From a bacterium (GTDB lineage: Bacteria > Hinthialibacterota > Hinthialibacteria > Hinthialibacterales > Hinthialibacteraceae): a DNA stretch of 64,000 nt. Both the position numbers and the translations under genes were made by a program. How positions within the stretch are numbered: position 1 is the first letter of the stretch; each line of letters opens with the position of its first letter. The DNA lies in contig CAXXMV010000001.1 in NCBI GenBank assembly GCA_963662285.2, positions 416,001 through 480,000 of the forward strand, in the 5' to 3' direction. This document shows positions 48,527-59,000 of the stretch, one piece after another. Under the pieces are notes generated by a model, which worked only from the letters and a program-made list of their open reading frames with translations, searched no databases and was not told the DNA's origin.

Positions 48527-49149
48527 GCAATAATCAATTCGACCGAAATCGTCCACTATCCTGGATGCCAGCCGTCGAAATGGTATCCAAACAGTTGGCA
48601 AAATTGCCGGGCATTGGTCCACGAATGGCGCAACGCTTAACCTTCGCCCTTCTGAAACGCGGCAAAACTGAGATCGGCGATCTGGCTGACGCACTGATTC
48701 TTTTAAGGGACGAAATCCGGTTGTGCTCGACTTGCGGCAATTACGCTCAGTCAGATCCCTGCCCTATCTGTCAGGGACAGGGACGCGAGATGGAACTGAT
48801 TTGCGTCGTCGAACAACCTCAGGATATGCTGGCCATCGAACGGACGGGGAAATACCGGGGGCTATATCATATACTGGGGGGAGCGTTGTCGCCGATTGAC
48901 GGTATCGGCCCCGACGAGATAGGCGTTCCGAAACTGATCAACCGCATCAAACAACCAATAAGCGAAGTGATCCTCGCCACTAACCCTACTATGGAAGGCG
49001 ACGCCACCGCCATCTACCTGCAAGACGCGCTTAAAGAAAAAGGCATTAGAGTAACACGTCTGGCGCGCGGCCTACCCTCCGGCAGCGACCTGGAATACGC
49101 CGACGAGACCACATTAGCTATGGCTTTCTCAAGTCGACGGGAATTATGA
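48523..49149 (+). CDS. recR: Recombination mediator RecR
   Basis: LPGIGPRMAQR, CxxC...CPIC, YHILGGALSP.DG.GP, EVILATNPTMEGDATA, RLARGLP.G..LEYAD. Confidence 0.97.
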   Translation: MSNNQFDRNRPLSWMPAVEMVSKQLAKLPGIGPRMAQRLTFALLKRGKTEIGDLADALILLRDEIRLCSTCGNYAQSDPCPICQGQGREMELICVVEQPQDMLAIERTGKYRGLYHILGGALSPIDGIGPDEIGVPKLINRIKQPISEVILATNPTMEGDATAIYLQDALKEKGIRVTRLARGLPSGSDLEYADETTLAMAFSSRREL

Positions 49150-49184
49150 GCTGGGTGTTTTGGTTCTAACTGGGAGAATACTGA

Positions 49185-49400
49185 TTAATCCTTATATCTC
49201 AATTTTTCACTATTTTTGTTTTTTTTTTCTTCTTGGGGAGGAAAAGCATCCGCACCTTGTGAACATCGCCCCCTCCCATTTCCCGTACGTCCAGAAACAC
49301 ATTTTGCTGGAGGATCAGGCCAAGGCCCCGGAGGCTTTACCATAAACAATTCCCTCGAGAACGCAGCCTTATATGATTTATCTTTATTTTTTTTTGTCAT
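49185..49400 (-). CDS. Possible small hypothetical protein
   Basis: 71-aa Lys-rich ORF with ATG start; no recognised domain. Confidence 0.3.
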   Translation of the reverse strand: MTKKNKDKSYKAAFSRELFMVKPPGPWPDPPAKCVSGRTGNGRGRCSQGADAFPPQEEKKNKNSEKLRYKD

Positions 49401-49472
49401 GATTCATCTTTTTCAGATAATGATCCACGTTTTTTTTCTATCTTCATTATAACATTTATTCAGAGTCTTTTT

Positions 49473-49516
49473 TGTCTGAATCTGGATAGCCAGGATGAAT
49501 AGGATATTCAGGATAT
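49473..49516. repeat. Short 9-nt-periodic GGAT repeat element
   Basis: TGTCTGAA TCTGGATAG CCAGGATGA ATAGGATAT TCAGGATAT. Confidence 0.5.
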
Positions 49517-49630
49517 TTTTTTAATTTGGTGATTATGATAGCATAGTTTTAACAACTAATCTCTTTTACATAATCCAAATTTCTGGTTCAATAAACCTAC
49601 CTGAATAGTCATAGCATATTGGAGCGTTAA

Positions 49631-50710
49631 ATGAAACTCAAAGAGTTGATTGGCCTGATAGAGCATGCGGTTCCTTTGGATTGGGCATTACCCAAAGACC
49701 CTGTCGGGTTGCATGTGGGCGACCCTGATCAGGAAGTGAAACGGGTATATGTTGGATTAGAAGTCTCCAGCGATTTTCTGAAAAAAGCGATCAGAAACAA
49801 AGCGGATATGCTGCTGGTGCATCATCCATTGATCTTCCAACCTTTAAAACGCCTGGTTGAAAACGATCCCGTGCAACGCTTGATACGGGAAATAGTTAAA
49901 CATGACCTGGCGCTATATGCAGCGCATACCAACCTAGACCTGCATCCAGAAGGCATGGCCAAAATCTGGGCGCAAAAGCTGGGATGCAGCACGATGCATC
50001 CATTAGCCAACAAACCACAGGGACGCCAACTGAAGATAACCACTTATGTTCCAGAAGACCATCTGCATTCAATCCGGGATGCGCTTGGCAAAGCAGGCGC
50101 AGGAGTTATCGGTGAATATGATCAATGTTCTTTCAGCGTCCAAGGAGAGGGAACCTTTCGAGGTTCAGAGCATTCAAATCCATTTATCGGCAATGCCGGA
50201 GTATTTGAAAAAGCGGCGGAAATAAGATTGGAAATGCTTCTGCCGGAACGGGCTAAATGGTCTGTTGTCAAAGCGCTTTATGCGGCTCACCCTTATGATG
50301 AACCGGCTTATGAACTATATATACTGGATGAATTTCGCGATTTGAATCAGGCGGTATGGATAGCGCAATTTGACAAGAAACTGAGTTGGGACGATTTCAT
50401 CAACCGCGTCAGCCACAGCATACCCAATTCTGAGTTCATCTCAGAAATGCGCCCGGATAAAAGAAAACGTATTCAGCAGATCGCTATTTCAACGGGAAGC
50501 GGAAGTTCGCTTGTTTCTTTAGCCGCCAATTTGGGAGTTGATGCTTATCTGACGGGAGAAGTGGGTTACCACCAATTGTGGGAAGCTAATGAGTCGGGTT
50601 TGAATACTGTTGTGGTTGGACATGGTCAAAGTGAGTCGTTTTTTGCAGAGACCATAATACCAATCGTGGATAAATTCACGGAAAATATAACATGGATTGG
50701 TGAAAGTTAG
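49631..50710 (+). CDS. Nif3-like dinuclear metal centre protein with PII-like insertion (YqfO type)
   Basis: D.VGL.VG, HHPLIF, AAHTNLD, GAGVIGEYDQCSF...G.GTF, AHPYDEPAY, YLTGE..YH, GH..SE. Confidence 0.93.
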   Translation: MKLKELIGLIEHAVPLDWALPKDPVGLHVGDPDQEVKRVYVGLEVSSDFLKKAIRNKADMLLVHHPLIFQPLKRLVENDPVQRLIREIVKHDLALYAAHTNLDLHPEGMAKIWAQKLGCSTMHPLANKPQGRQLKITTYVPEDHLHSIRDALGKAGAGVIGEYDQCSFSVQGEGTFRGSEHSNPFIGNAGVFEKAAEIRLEMLLPERAKWSVVKALYAAHPYDEPAYELYILDEFRDLNQAVWIAQFDKKLSWDDFINRVSHSIPNSEFISEMRPDKRKRIQQIAISTGSGSSLVSLAANLGVDAYLTGEVGYHQLWEANESGLNTVVVGHGQSESFFAETIIPIVDKFTENITWIGES

Positions 50711-50747
50711 TGAGGTGTACGCAAGCAATACAATAATAAACTTGATA

Positions 50748-51995
50748 TCAAGTCTTGGCAGAGCGGGAAAGCGTCATAAGCGTGAAATCATCCATCCTAT
50801 CGCGGTCTTGACGGAATGATTCTGTTTCATCGAAAATTCGCTGCACCAGTTCATTACAGGAGCATTGATTGTTAATCAGGAAAACTTCTCGCAAGCGGTC
50901 GGCGCCGAAAAATTCGTTTTGCTTGTTTTGGATATCCGTCACGCCATCAGTAAAGAAGAGGATTTTATCTCCCGGTTGAAGCGTGATACGCCGTTCTTCA
51001 TACTCTTCCATCTCAAATGTACGCAACGGAAAAGAAGGCTCGTTCTTCATATCAAAGATTACATTATCACTCGCTATATAATGCATTAGCGGTACATGCC
51101 CCGCGTGAGAATAAACCATTTCCATAGTCTGGATATTTAAAACCGCATAGAACATTGTGACGTAATGATCTGAAGAAAGATTGGCGTTAAGTTTATCGTT
51201 AAACAAAAACAGCGCTTGCTGAGGACTAACGATTCCCTTGCCGAATTCTTTAACCACCATCTGGGTTAATGCCATTACAACCGCCGCCGCAGTACCATGA
51301 CCGGCAATGTCGGCAATTACTAATCCCCAATGATCCTCATCAATCTGAATCACATCATAATAATCGCCGCCGACTTTGATTGAGGGATGATACAGCGCTG
51401 CCAGTTCCAATTCAGCATGATAGGGGAAAATATCGGGTAAAAAGGAACGTTGCATCTTAGCCGTTTCGCTAAGTTCACGATCCATGAGGCGTTGGGCGTG
51501 GGACAATTGGCGGTGGCTCTCTTCCACGCTGTTTTTCAAAGCATGAATCTGCATATGGGAACGAATCATAGATAATAATTGTTTATTACTAAGATGTGAA
51601 ATGCGGTCCCATTCTTCAGGATTAGAATTTTCTCCTGATATTGATTCTCTGTTCCTTAAAAACAGAAAACAATCGTCCACTTCCTTAAGTGTAGTAAAAT
51701 CCTGTTGAGGGACGCCATTGACAGATTCGAGATAAATAAAAGGAACGTTTCGAAAAGAACAAGTGATTGAATTTCGAATTTGTATGCAAATATCATTTAT
51801 ATTACGCGTCAAGTTGGAACCGTTTATCAATACTAAATCAGGATAAATATATTCAATAACATGCAGAGCTTCTTCGACCGAGACAGCTTTGAAAACGTTA
51901 TAATGTTCTTCTGTTAAAAGACATATAATATCTTTTGTATCATTAGAAGAACAATCAATTAATAAAACAGTATTTCCCAAATTTTCGGAATTCAT
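50748..51995 (-). CDS. PP2C/SpoIIE-type protein phosphatase (RsbU/RsbP-like) with degenerate receiver domain
   Basis: VGGDYYD, IADIAGHGTAAA, HAGH, FFTDGVTD, DDFTL; N-terminal REC-like region without the phospho-Asp. Confidence 0.92.
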   Translation of the reverse strand: MNSENLGNTVLLIDCSSNDTKDIICLLTEEHYNVFKAVSVEEALHVIEYIYPDLVLINGSNLTRNINDICIQIRNSITCSFRNVPFIYLESVNGVPQQDFTTLKEVDDCFLFLRNRESISGENSNPEEWDRISHLSNKQLLSMIRSHMQIHALKNSVEESHRQLSHAQRLMDRELSETAKMQRSFLPDIFPYHAELELAALYHPSIKVGGDYYDVIQIDEDHWGLVIADIAGHGTAAAVVMALTQMVVKEFGKGIVSPQQALFLFNDKLNANLSSDHYVTMFYAVLNIQTMEMVYSHAGHVPLMHYIASDNVIFDMKNEPSFPLRTFEMEEYEERRITLQPGDKILFFTDGVTDIQNKQNEFFGADRLREVFLINNQCSCNELVQRIFDETESFRQDRDRMDDFTLMTLSRSAKT

Positions 51996-52186
51996 TCCTA
52001 CACCAATAGAAAAAACCTAAATCATTAAAGAGATTCTCAGAATAACATACGCCAAAGTATTGAACCTTGCCCATTGCAAAAAGCGACATATTTCTATTCA
52101 AAAAAATATCACTTATATAAAGGATACCCTAACCTTGTCGAATATCAATCCACAAAAAAAATCATACCTATAAAATCATGACTTCA

Positions 52187-55100
52187 TTACGAGGAGATAG
52201 GTAAAGAAACGACGATCTCCCGATTTTCAGCCTGATCAATGGATCGGCAAAAATCTACGAATCGATGATAGGCTTCCGGTTCAATATTCTGTTCTGGAAT
52301 AAGGAAAGATCTTTTAATAACAAGATTATTCCCATCCCATGTATAAAATAGTGAATAGAAGCCGAATTCAGAGATGATAAGAGTATTATCCGGCAAGGCA
52401 ATAGCAGCGCCCTGGTCGAGATAATATGAAAAATCGATCCTAACATCAAGAGGATCATTAATGACGCTGGAGCGAAACTCCATGCGGAACTGCCTGGTTG
52501 GTTCGCTGACGATGGAAGATGCGTTAGAACGGGCTAACACGGGCGACACTTTTATTGTTCGTTCACCTGAAGGTTTGGCAATATCCGGCAAAACGCCATG
52601 GAATTCCAAACGGGGCGGCAAAGTCAAATCATCAAGCTGAACAATATCAGACTCTTCAACCTTGATTCCCCTCAAATCGCGAGCCAGTTGCGAATCGGCC
52701 AGACGTTTTTTAACTTCCGGATTGGTGAGCGCTTCGCGAATCTGGCGGTCGAACGTATTTTCGTATGAGTAATGACCGTTGATTAATGCTGAGTGATCTT
52801 CGCGCAGAGTGAGATTGAAATAACGGTCGATTATTCCAGTCTCCCATAACAATGGATTCAACGGTTCAAAAAATGGCGCTGTCTCATCAAGAACTAAGGA
52901 TATTTGTTTATTCATGCGTGGATCAATGCTTCCAGCAGCGGCGAAACGACTGGAGAAATCAAGCAAAATCCGTTGCGCAATCTCTTCCTGACGGGGTATA
53001 ACGAGAACTATCGAGCCGGGGTAGGAAAGAACCGGCATGGGTCGATATCCACTGCTTTGCTCATTATCGACCGTCATAGCGATGCGGGTTTTTATTCCCC
53101 CATAATTAAGCAGCTGCCGCACAAGGCGCAGTTTCTGATATCCTCCACCAGCGCCGAGAACAATAGTATCGGCAGTGGTGGAACCACCGGAGGTCTCTTC
53201 GATATTAGAGCGAACATAATTGAAGACGCTGGTAATATATTCCTGCTTGGATGATGCTTCCGTTTTGAGTTTTTGGGCGAGTTCAGTTATTTCGGTTGAT
53301 GCTTCTTCAGAACCCCATATTGAAATTCTTTGCCGTTCAGCAAAAGTAAGCCAGTCAGGGCAAGTGCTCCATTGAATTGATGGAACCCGCTGAGAGAGCG
53401 ATGGAGCGAATCGTTCATTCTTCAATCCTTCAGACATTTCTTTAGACCACGTATAAACGACCTGAGCATTTTCCCGTTTAATCTCCGGATTAAAGTCATC
53501 TGGATTAAGGTCAAAGTGAAACGGGATATGTTCGGGTTTAACAATGGTCAATTGCGATAATAGCATGGGATCATCATCCGAACCGAAGAAATATCCCCCG
53601 CCGGAATAATTGACGCCGGGATCGCTTCGTCCCGTACGGTCAATGTAGGCGTATTCCAGAATAACCCCTGGCTCGATGCCATACATGGATAGAGATTGTT
53701 GTCCGCTTAAATCCTGCACATGCGAGACATCCCACTCAGTACCATCGGGAGTGATGGTGCGCGCCATAATGATTTCGACATTACCGCCTTTGGGAATGAC
53801 CGTCTCCGCCCATTTCTGCATACCTTCCTGGTTTTGGATTTTGATGGCCTGATGGATATATTGATCGTAGGTCCCGTCGTCATGCATATCAACAACCATC
53901 AGATCGAGTAGATAAATGACCGAAGCGCGGGAAGTCTTCCATCGATCAGCCTTGCTTATATCGACGTCATCCAATTGCACGTCGTATTTTTGATATGGGA
54001 AACCGTCAACTCCGCCAGCATCGCGTAAGGCGCGAAATGGCCTCATTCTTCTTGGAGCGATCTGGAATGCCTCCTCATAAAAGGCCAGGGAGGAAGTTTT
54101 ATTTGAATCCAGCAAATCCAAGGCGGCGATTCTTTCATACAAACCTGGATTATCAGGAAATGTCTTGAGCATCTCACTGTACCACTCGCGGGCTTCATTA
54201 AGTTTTCCCTGCCGTTCGAGAATTGTACCTAAAAGGAAAGAATATTGTTCACGACTTGGATGAATGCGAATGGCCTTGTTAACATAATCCAGCGCCTTGG
54301 TTATCGCAACTGATTTAGAATCGCTTCGGGAAGCCCTTTCCAGAAATGGTTCATAAGCAGGAAACCGATCCAAGGCTTGGGTGATAATATCCGTTGCGCG
54401 ATCCAGTTCATTATGACCTTGGTAATAATCGAACAGATAGTTATAGGTTTCGTAAGAGACTAACCAATCTTTTAAGGATTGATTGAATAACTTGATGGAA
54501 TCCTCTTTGAAATTCTTTTGATCATACAGAATACCCAGTGAATAGTTGATCACTCCTTCATTAACATTTTTTCGAATATCCGGGTATTTGGTTAAATGAT
54601 CTTTAAAATTATCGAGCGCTTGATCGATTTGCGCACGATCAAGATAATAAGCGACCAGTTCAGTCATGGCGGATATGCAATAGGGATCATTACTTAGGGC
54701 CTTGCTTAAAGAAGTTTCAGCTTCCTGATAAAACCGCAATTTCGATCCGGGTCGTGAGCGGGCCAGTTGAAGAGAGACGTCGCCATGCAACGCATGAAGC
54801 AGAGCGAAATCCGGCGCAATTTTTTGCGCCTGTTCGAAATATAACCGTGCGGCTTGATACTCTGCGCGATTCAAATGCCATGAGGCGAGAAATACGGCTT
54901 CAGAGATTACCTGCGCTTCTGTTTTACTCTCAGACAATGCCAATGGATAAGGAGATGAGACCACGCTGCATTCCAAAGGTCTGGAGGTTTTCACTTCAAA
55001 CGGCGTCAGGAAGAGAGATTCAAAATCGGATGATTGAAATGGAATAGAAGATATATATAGTTTTTCTTCATCTTTAGATATCAAAGAAGATCGAACCCAC

Positions 55101-55999
55101 CAACTGCCACTGGTTTTTTGAGATTTCACCACAAGAAGATTCTTGCCTTTACGGACAGGGATGGACGCAGTATGCAATTTGGCTGTATCCAAAAGAAGAT
55201 AAGTCTTCTCCATAATGGGCTGCCCATTAAACCAAATCTGGAAATCGGCGGGTGATTGAATAGTGAGCCATGCTTCTGCATCTGTTTGGGATTCGAAAGC
55301 GTTGAAAGCATACGCGATACCAGTATCGGGATGTATCAGGGAACTGAACTCGATCAGACCGGCCAAATCAGGATTATCGATATTTTGGACTGAAACCTTG
55401 CCGCGCCATCCTTGATATTCATCCTGCAAGCCTTTTTCTGGACCGAAAGGATTGAACAAATCCGCAGCGCCATAGCGCCCGAAAGGTCCAACCACCGCCC
55501 AATGATTCAACAGAACACCCGCTTCCTGCGCTGCTTTTTTTACATTTTCATCTAGAAGCATATCAAGCGTTTCCATCCATTCATGGGCTAATATCTGGCG
55601 GTGAATGAAAGAAGTTGAATTCTCGATAGCCTTTTGCAGAAGGGCGGCCCGATCACTGGCTTTCCATCCATGAAATTCCGAGTTTCCCCACATGGATAAA
55701 TATGCCGGTAAAAATTGGCTCCGGGGATAATCATTTAACAGGCGGGTAAGGATTTCAGCCATCTCCGGCGCCTGGCCTCTCGCCCAGGCGGCTAGATACA
55801 ATCCCTGAAGAGCCTCTTCGCCGGGGTTGCTTTCCAACTGTTTGGCAAATTCTGTTTGCGCCGCATCGATCTGATTCGTGATCAATGAATCCCAGGCGGA
55901 TTCCATTGATGCATTGACGCTTGCCGTAATTAGCAGTCCTAAGCAAATAAAAGTGGTGATATGAATAGAGAAGCGATTAGTCTTCATCTTTTTTTGCAT
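52187..55999 (-). CDS. Secreted TPR + DUF3857 + degenerate transglutaminase-like protein
   Basis: Signal peptide; WAVVGPF domain; TPR helices; ARTITPDG, EPGVILEYAY (DUF3857); C-terminal I.PE.Y..F..FC..ID. Confidence 0.85.
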   Translation of the reverse strand: MQKKMKTNRFSIHITTFICLGLLITASVNASMESAWDSLITNQIDAAQTEFAKQLESNPGEEALQGLYLAAWARGQAPEMAEILTRLLNDYPRSQFLPAYLSMWGNSEFHGWKASDRAALLQKAIENSTSFIHRQILAHEWMETLDMLLDENVKKAAQEAGVLLNHWAVVGPFGRYGAADLFNPFGPEKGLQDEYQGWRGKVSVQNIDNPDLAGLIEFSSLIHPDTGIAYAFNAFESQTDAEAWLTIQSPADFQIWFNGQPIMEKTYLLLDTAKLHTASIPVRKGKNLLVVKSQKTSGSWWVRSSLISKDEEKLYISSIPFQSSDFESLFLTPFEVKTSRPLECSVVSSPYPLALSESKTEAQVISEAVFLASWHLNRAEYQAARLYFEQAQKIAPDFALLHALHGDVSLQLARSRPGSKLRFYQEAETSLSKALSNDPYCISAMTELVAYYLDRAQIDQALDNFKDHLTKYPDIRKNVNEGVINYSLGILYDQKNFKEDSIKLFNQSLKDWLVSYETYNYLFDYYQGHNELDRATDIITQALDRFPAYEPFLERASRSDSKSVAITKALDYVNKAIRIHPSREQYSFLLGTILERQGKLNEAREWYSEMLKTFPDNPGLYERIAALDLLDSNKTSSLAFYEEAFQIAPRRMRPFRALRDAGGVDGFPYQKYDVQLDDVDISKADRWKTSRASVIYLLDLMVVDMHDDGTYDQYIHQAIKIQNQEGMQKWAETVIPKGGNVEIIMARTITPDGTEWDVSHVQDLSGQQSLSMYGIEPGVILEYAYIDRTGRSDPGVNYSGGGYFFGSDDDPMLLSQLTIVKPEHIPFHFDLNPDDFNPEIKRENAQVVYTWSKEMSEGLKNERFAPSLSQRVPSIQWSTCPDWLTFAERQRISIWGSEEASTEITELAQKLKTEASSKQEYITSVFNYVRSNIEETSGGSTTADTIVLGAGGGYQKLRLVRQLLNYGGIKTRIAMTVDNEQSSGYRPMPVLSYPGSIVLVIPRQEEIAQRILLDFSSRFAAAGSIDPRMNKQISLVLDETAPFFEPLNPLLWETGIIDRYFNLTLREDHSALINGHYSYENTFDRQIREALTNPEVKKRLADSQLARDLRGIKVEESDIVQLDDLTLPPRLEFHGVLPDIAKPSGERTIKVSPVLARSNASSIVSEPTRQFRMEFRSSVINDPLDVRIDFSYYLDQGAAIALPDNTLIISEFGFYSLFYTWDGNNLVIKRSFLIPEQNIEPEAYHRFVDFCRSIDQAENREIVVSLPISS

Positions 56000-56067
56000 C
56001 CTTTTTATGTTGAACGTTCTTTCAAATTAGCAATTCAGGTTTGGCTTAAGCCGCACAACGATCTCAA

Positions 56068-59000
56068 TTATTTTTTGTATGATACTTTTTCATCCTGATA
56101 ATGATCTACCAGACGGCAGAATTCCCGAAATTCAGGATAGTCTTCTTTTGATACTCTTACCGGCTTAAATACAATCTCTTCTTTGATGGTGATCTCTGCG
56201 CCATCAATTTCTGAAATACGTTCAAATTTGCCAAACGGATTATCGATGCTGCGGTTTTGGGGAAGTTCTACGTCTACATGGCCGTCAGGCAATTTGATAG
56301 TAAATATATTGGTGCGGGTCCACGGGTAATTGAGGATCAAGTCGTATTCCCTTTCAGATAATGAAGCGAATCGTTGAGACATCATATCTTTGAATATGGT
56401 CGACGGCAAAATCCAGCGGTCGCCCTGTTTGACGCTGTATTGTGGAATGGTCATTTGGTAAGCCAGCCGTTCTGAGGTTGCATAATCCTGAAGGTCAGAC
56501 AGTTCAATATTAGATGATTGAGAACCGGGATAGGTTCCAACCAGAATACGGTCAACTGTCTCTTTGGCTTTTACGGGATTTTCATAGGTGCGTCGAACTA
56601 CGGGATTATAAAGCCCCCGGAATTCAGCGATACGAAATCCTTGCGCCGTCCCATCGTTATCCAAAGTCATGGCTGTTGTATAGATAGCGCCATTTTCTTC
56701 CTTATCGGAATGAGGAATTCGCTTGAACTCGTATGCTCCACCGGGTTTCACGATCAAAGTATTGGCGCCGGCATCAACGGAAGGCAGTTCGGAGGCATCA
56801 AAGAAAGTAGCCGTGCCGTCGATCCAGTATTCCTTGCCGTCGATGTCGGGCAGATAGTAAATACAGTGGTTGAATATACCAAGTGATGGCAGATCGTAAT
56901 CAATCTCGCCTTTATTGGTCGTGCGGATAATAACCAGATTGGCTTCAATGCCAATCTCTTTTAACATGGCGACGGCCAGTGAGGCTTTATCTTTGCAATC
57001 GCCATATTGAGCATTGCAAATATCATCCACTTTATGCGGTTTATAACCGTGGATGCCGAATTCCAAACCAAGATAACGAACGTCAGTATTGACGAAAGCG
57101 TTGACGGCTCGCACCTTATCCCAATCGCTTAATTCCTGGGTTGGCGAGATTTTATACTTGATACGGTAATCAGTGAGGATGCGCGCCAAAGCGTCGTGAA
57201 TCACGGCGCCGGGTATCAGTTGGTCGCGTGACAGGTTCCAGTACCATTGGGTCATATCTTCCCAGGTTTGGAAAGTGGATACTTTGAGGTATGGAATAAT
57301 TTCTGTCACTGAAGGCATCATTGGTTCGCGTGGAATCGTAGGTAGAGAACTAAATGACCATTTCCAGATTCGTTCAGAATCGCTTTCGGTTTCCAGAGGC
57401 TTTGACGCTTCATCCAAAGAAGGCGCAACCACGGATGCCGGATAGTTAGGCGCAGTATATTTATAATAAAACTCGCGTGATTTTGGGGTAATTAATACAT
57501 AATCCATACGGACGGCAGGTTCCATGAAACCATCGCCGATATAGAAGAGGTCGCCAAAGTAATCGGCGTATATGTTTTCTCCCTTATCTTTCTTTTCATA
57601 CTCCAATTCTACTACCGAGCCTTTTTCCAAACCCTGGAATTGCAGAACCGCGACATTGTAATCGCCATATAGACGATTGGCGGCGTCTCCGGCGTTGGAT
57701 GTACTTTGATGACGTGGAGCGGGAGCGTCATAAAAGGTCCCGTCCGGTTTCCAGACCCGCGCGCTAATTATCCGCACTTCCTCACTATCGCCTTCATAGT
57801 ACACTCCGCGCACCTGTTGATAACGGACTCCGGTTTCGGTGAGAATCTTGATCGCTTCGCGAACCGTTTCGCTGGAGTTCCCGTTGGCGTGCACCCTGAC
57901 AATGCGCTGATGCAGCAGCACCAGGTAATTGGCTTTCGACAGGTCCTGATCTTCCGGTTGCTGGATAGTTTTCCAGTCGACCAGGAAGGGTGAGGCATAG
58001 GTTTCTTCATTGGGCTGCAAGAACTCCATATAGTCCAGACACCACGGATCGGAGGGACGCGTAATTAAAGCTAGGCGCAATTCATTGAGCGCGTTGGCGT
58101 CATCTCCCATCTGATGATAGAGAACGGCAGATAGCCGATGCGCGTCAAACATATCGGGCGAAATTGCTAAAACTTTTTTAAGAGTCAGCAGTGCGCCTTC
58201 AAAATCATCTTTGCCTTGTTGGCGTAAAGCCGCCTGGATAAATCCCTCGGTTGAGAAAGGATTAAGCCATTGTTCGCGTTTTAATAAATCCTGCACGGCT
58301 TCTTCATCATTATTGCGCAAAGCGATGTCGCGCAGTTGCCGCACGGCGTCATATTCAAAAGGGAAATCTTCCAAAATCGATTGCAATGCGATTTGTTTGT
58401 CGGACTCAGTCATCCGGGAAGATTCCATTGAAAAAAGAAACATGCTTGCTTTGGCGCCTAAATCTTCATCACCCTGCTTCAGCAGGTCAATAGCGGCTTC
58501 CCGCAATCCTTTGCCATTAAGGATATGGGCTTGTTCTAACAGAGCAGATTGCGGTAGTTCGCGTTCTTTTTTCCAATCACGTATCAGATCAAGCCCCTTA
58601 ACGGCGTATGGTGAATTGCTGTAATTTCTTAACAGGCCAAGAAAAGCGGCTTGATCGCCTGGATCGATATCCAACGCTTTTTTATAAGCCAGCCGTTTGC
58701 GATTGCCCATTGTCTCCGAGTCGCCCTGCTCCCGCCATAAGAGAGGATTATCGGGATATTGAGTAGTCATGCTGCTTAACAATGCGTTAGCGCTGGTATC
58801 ATTTTCATCCGCGACATGCCAGCGTTGCAGCAATTGAGAGAAAAATAGTTTTTGATGAGGACTGGCGTCGGGTGATTCCGCCATAGCCCTGAGCTGTTGA
58901 ATAGGCGCCGGATCAAAATTGATTACTTGGGGCGCCTCGTTTTCGCTAACTGGCGTATGACCTGTAATATCAGGTGTATCTTGATTCACTGAAGGGGCAG

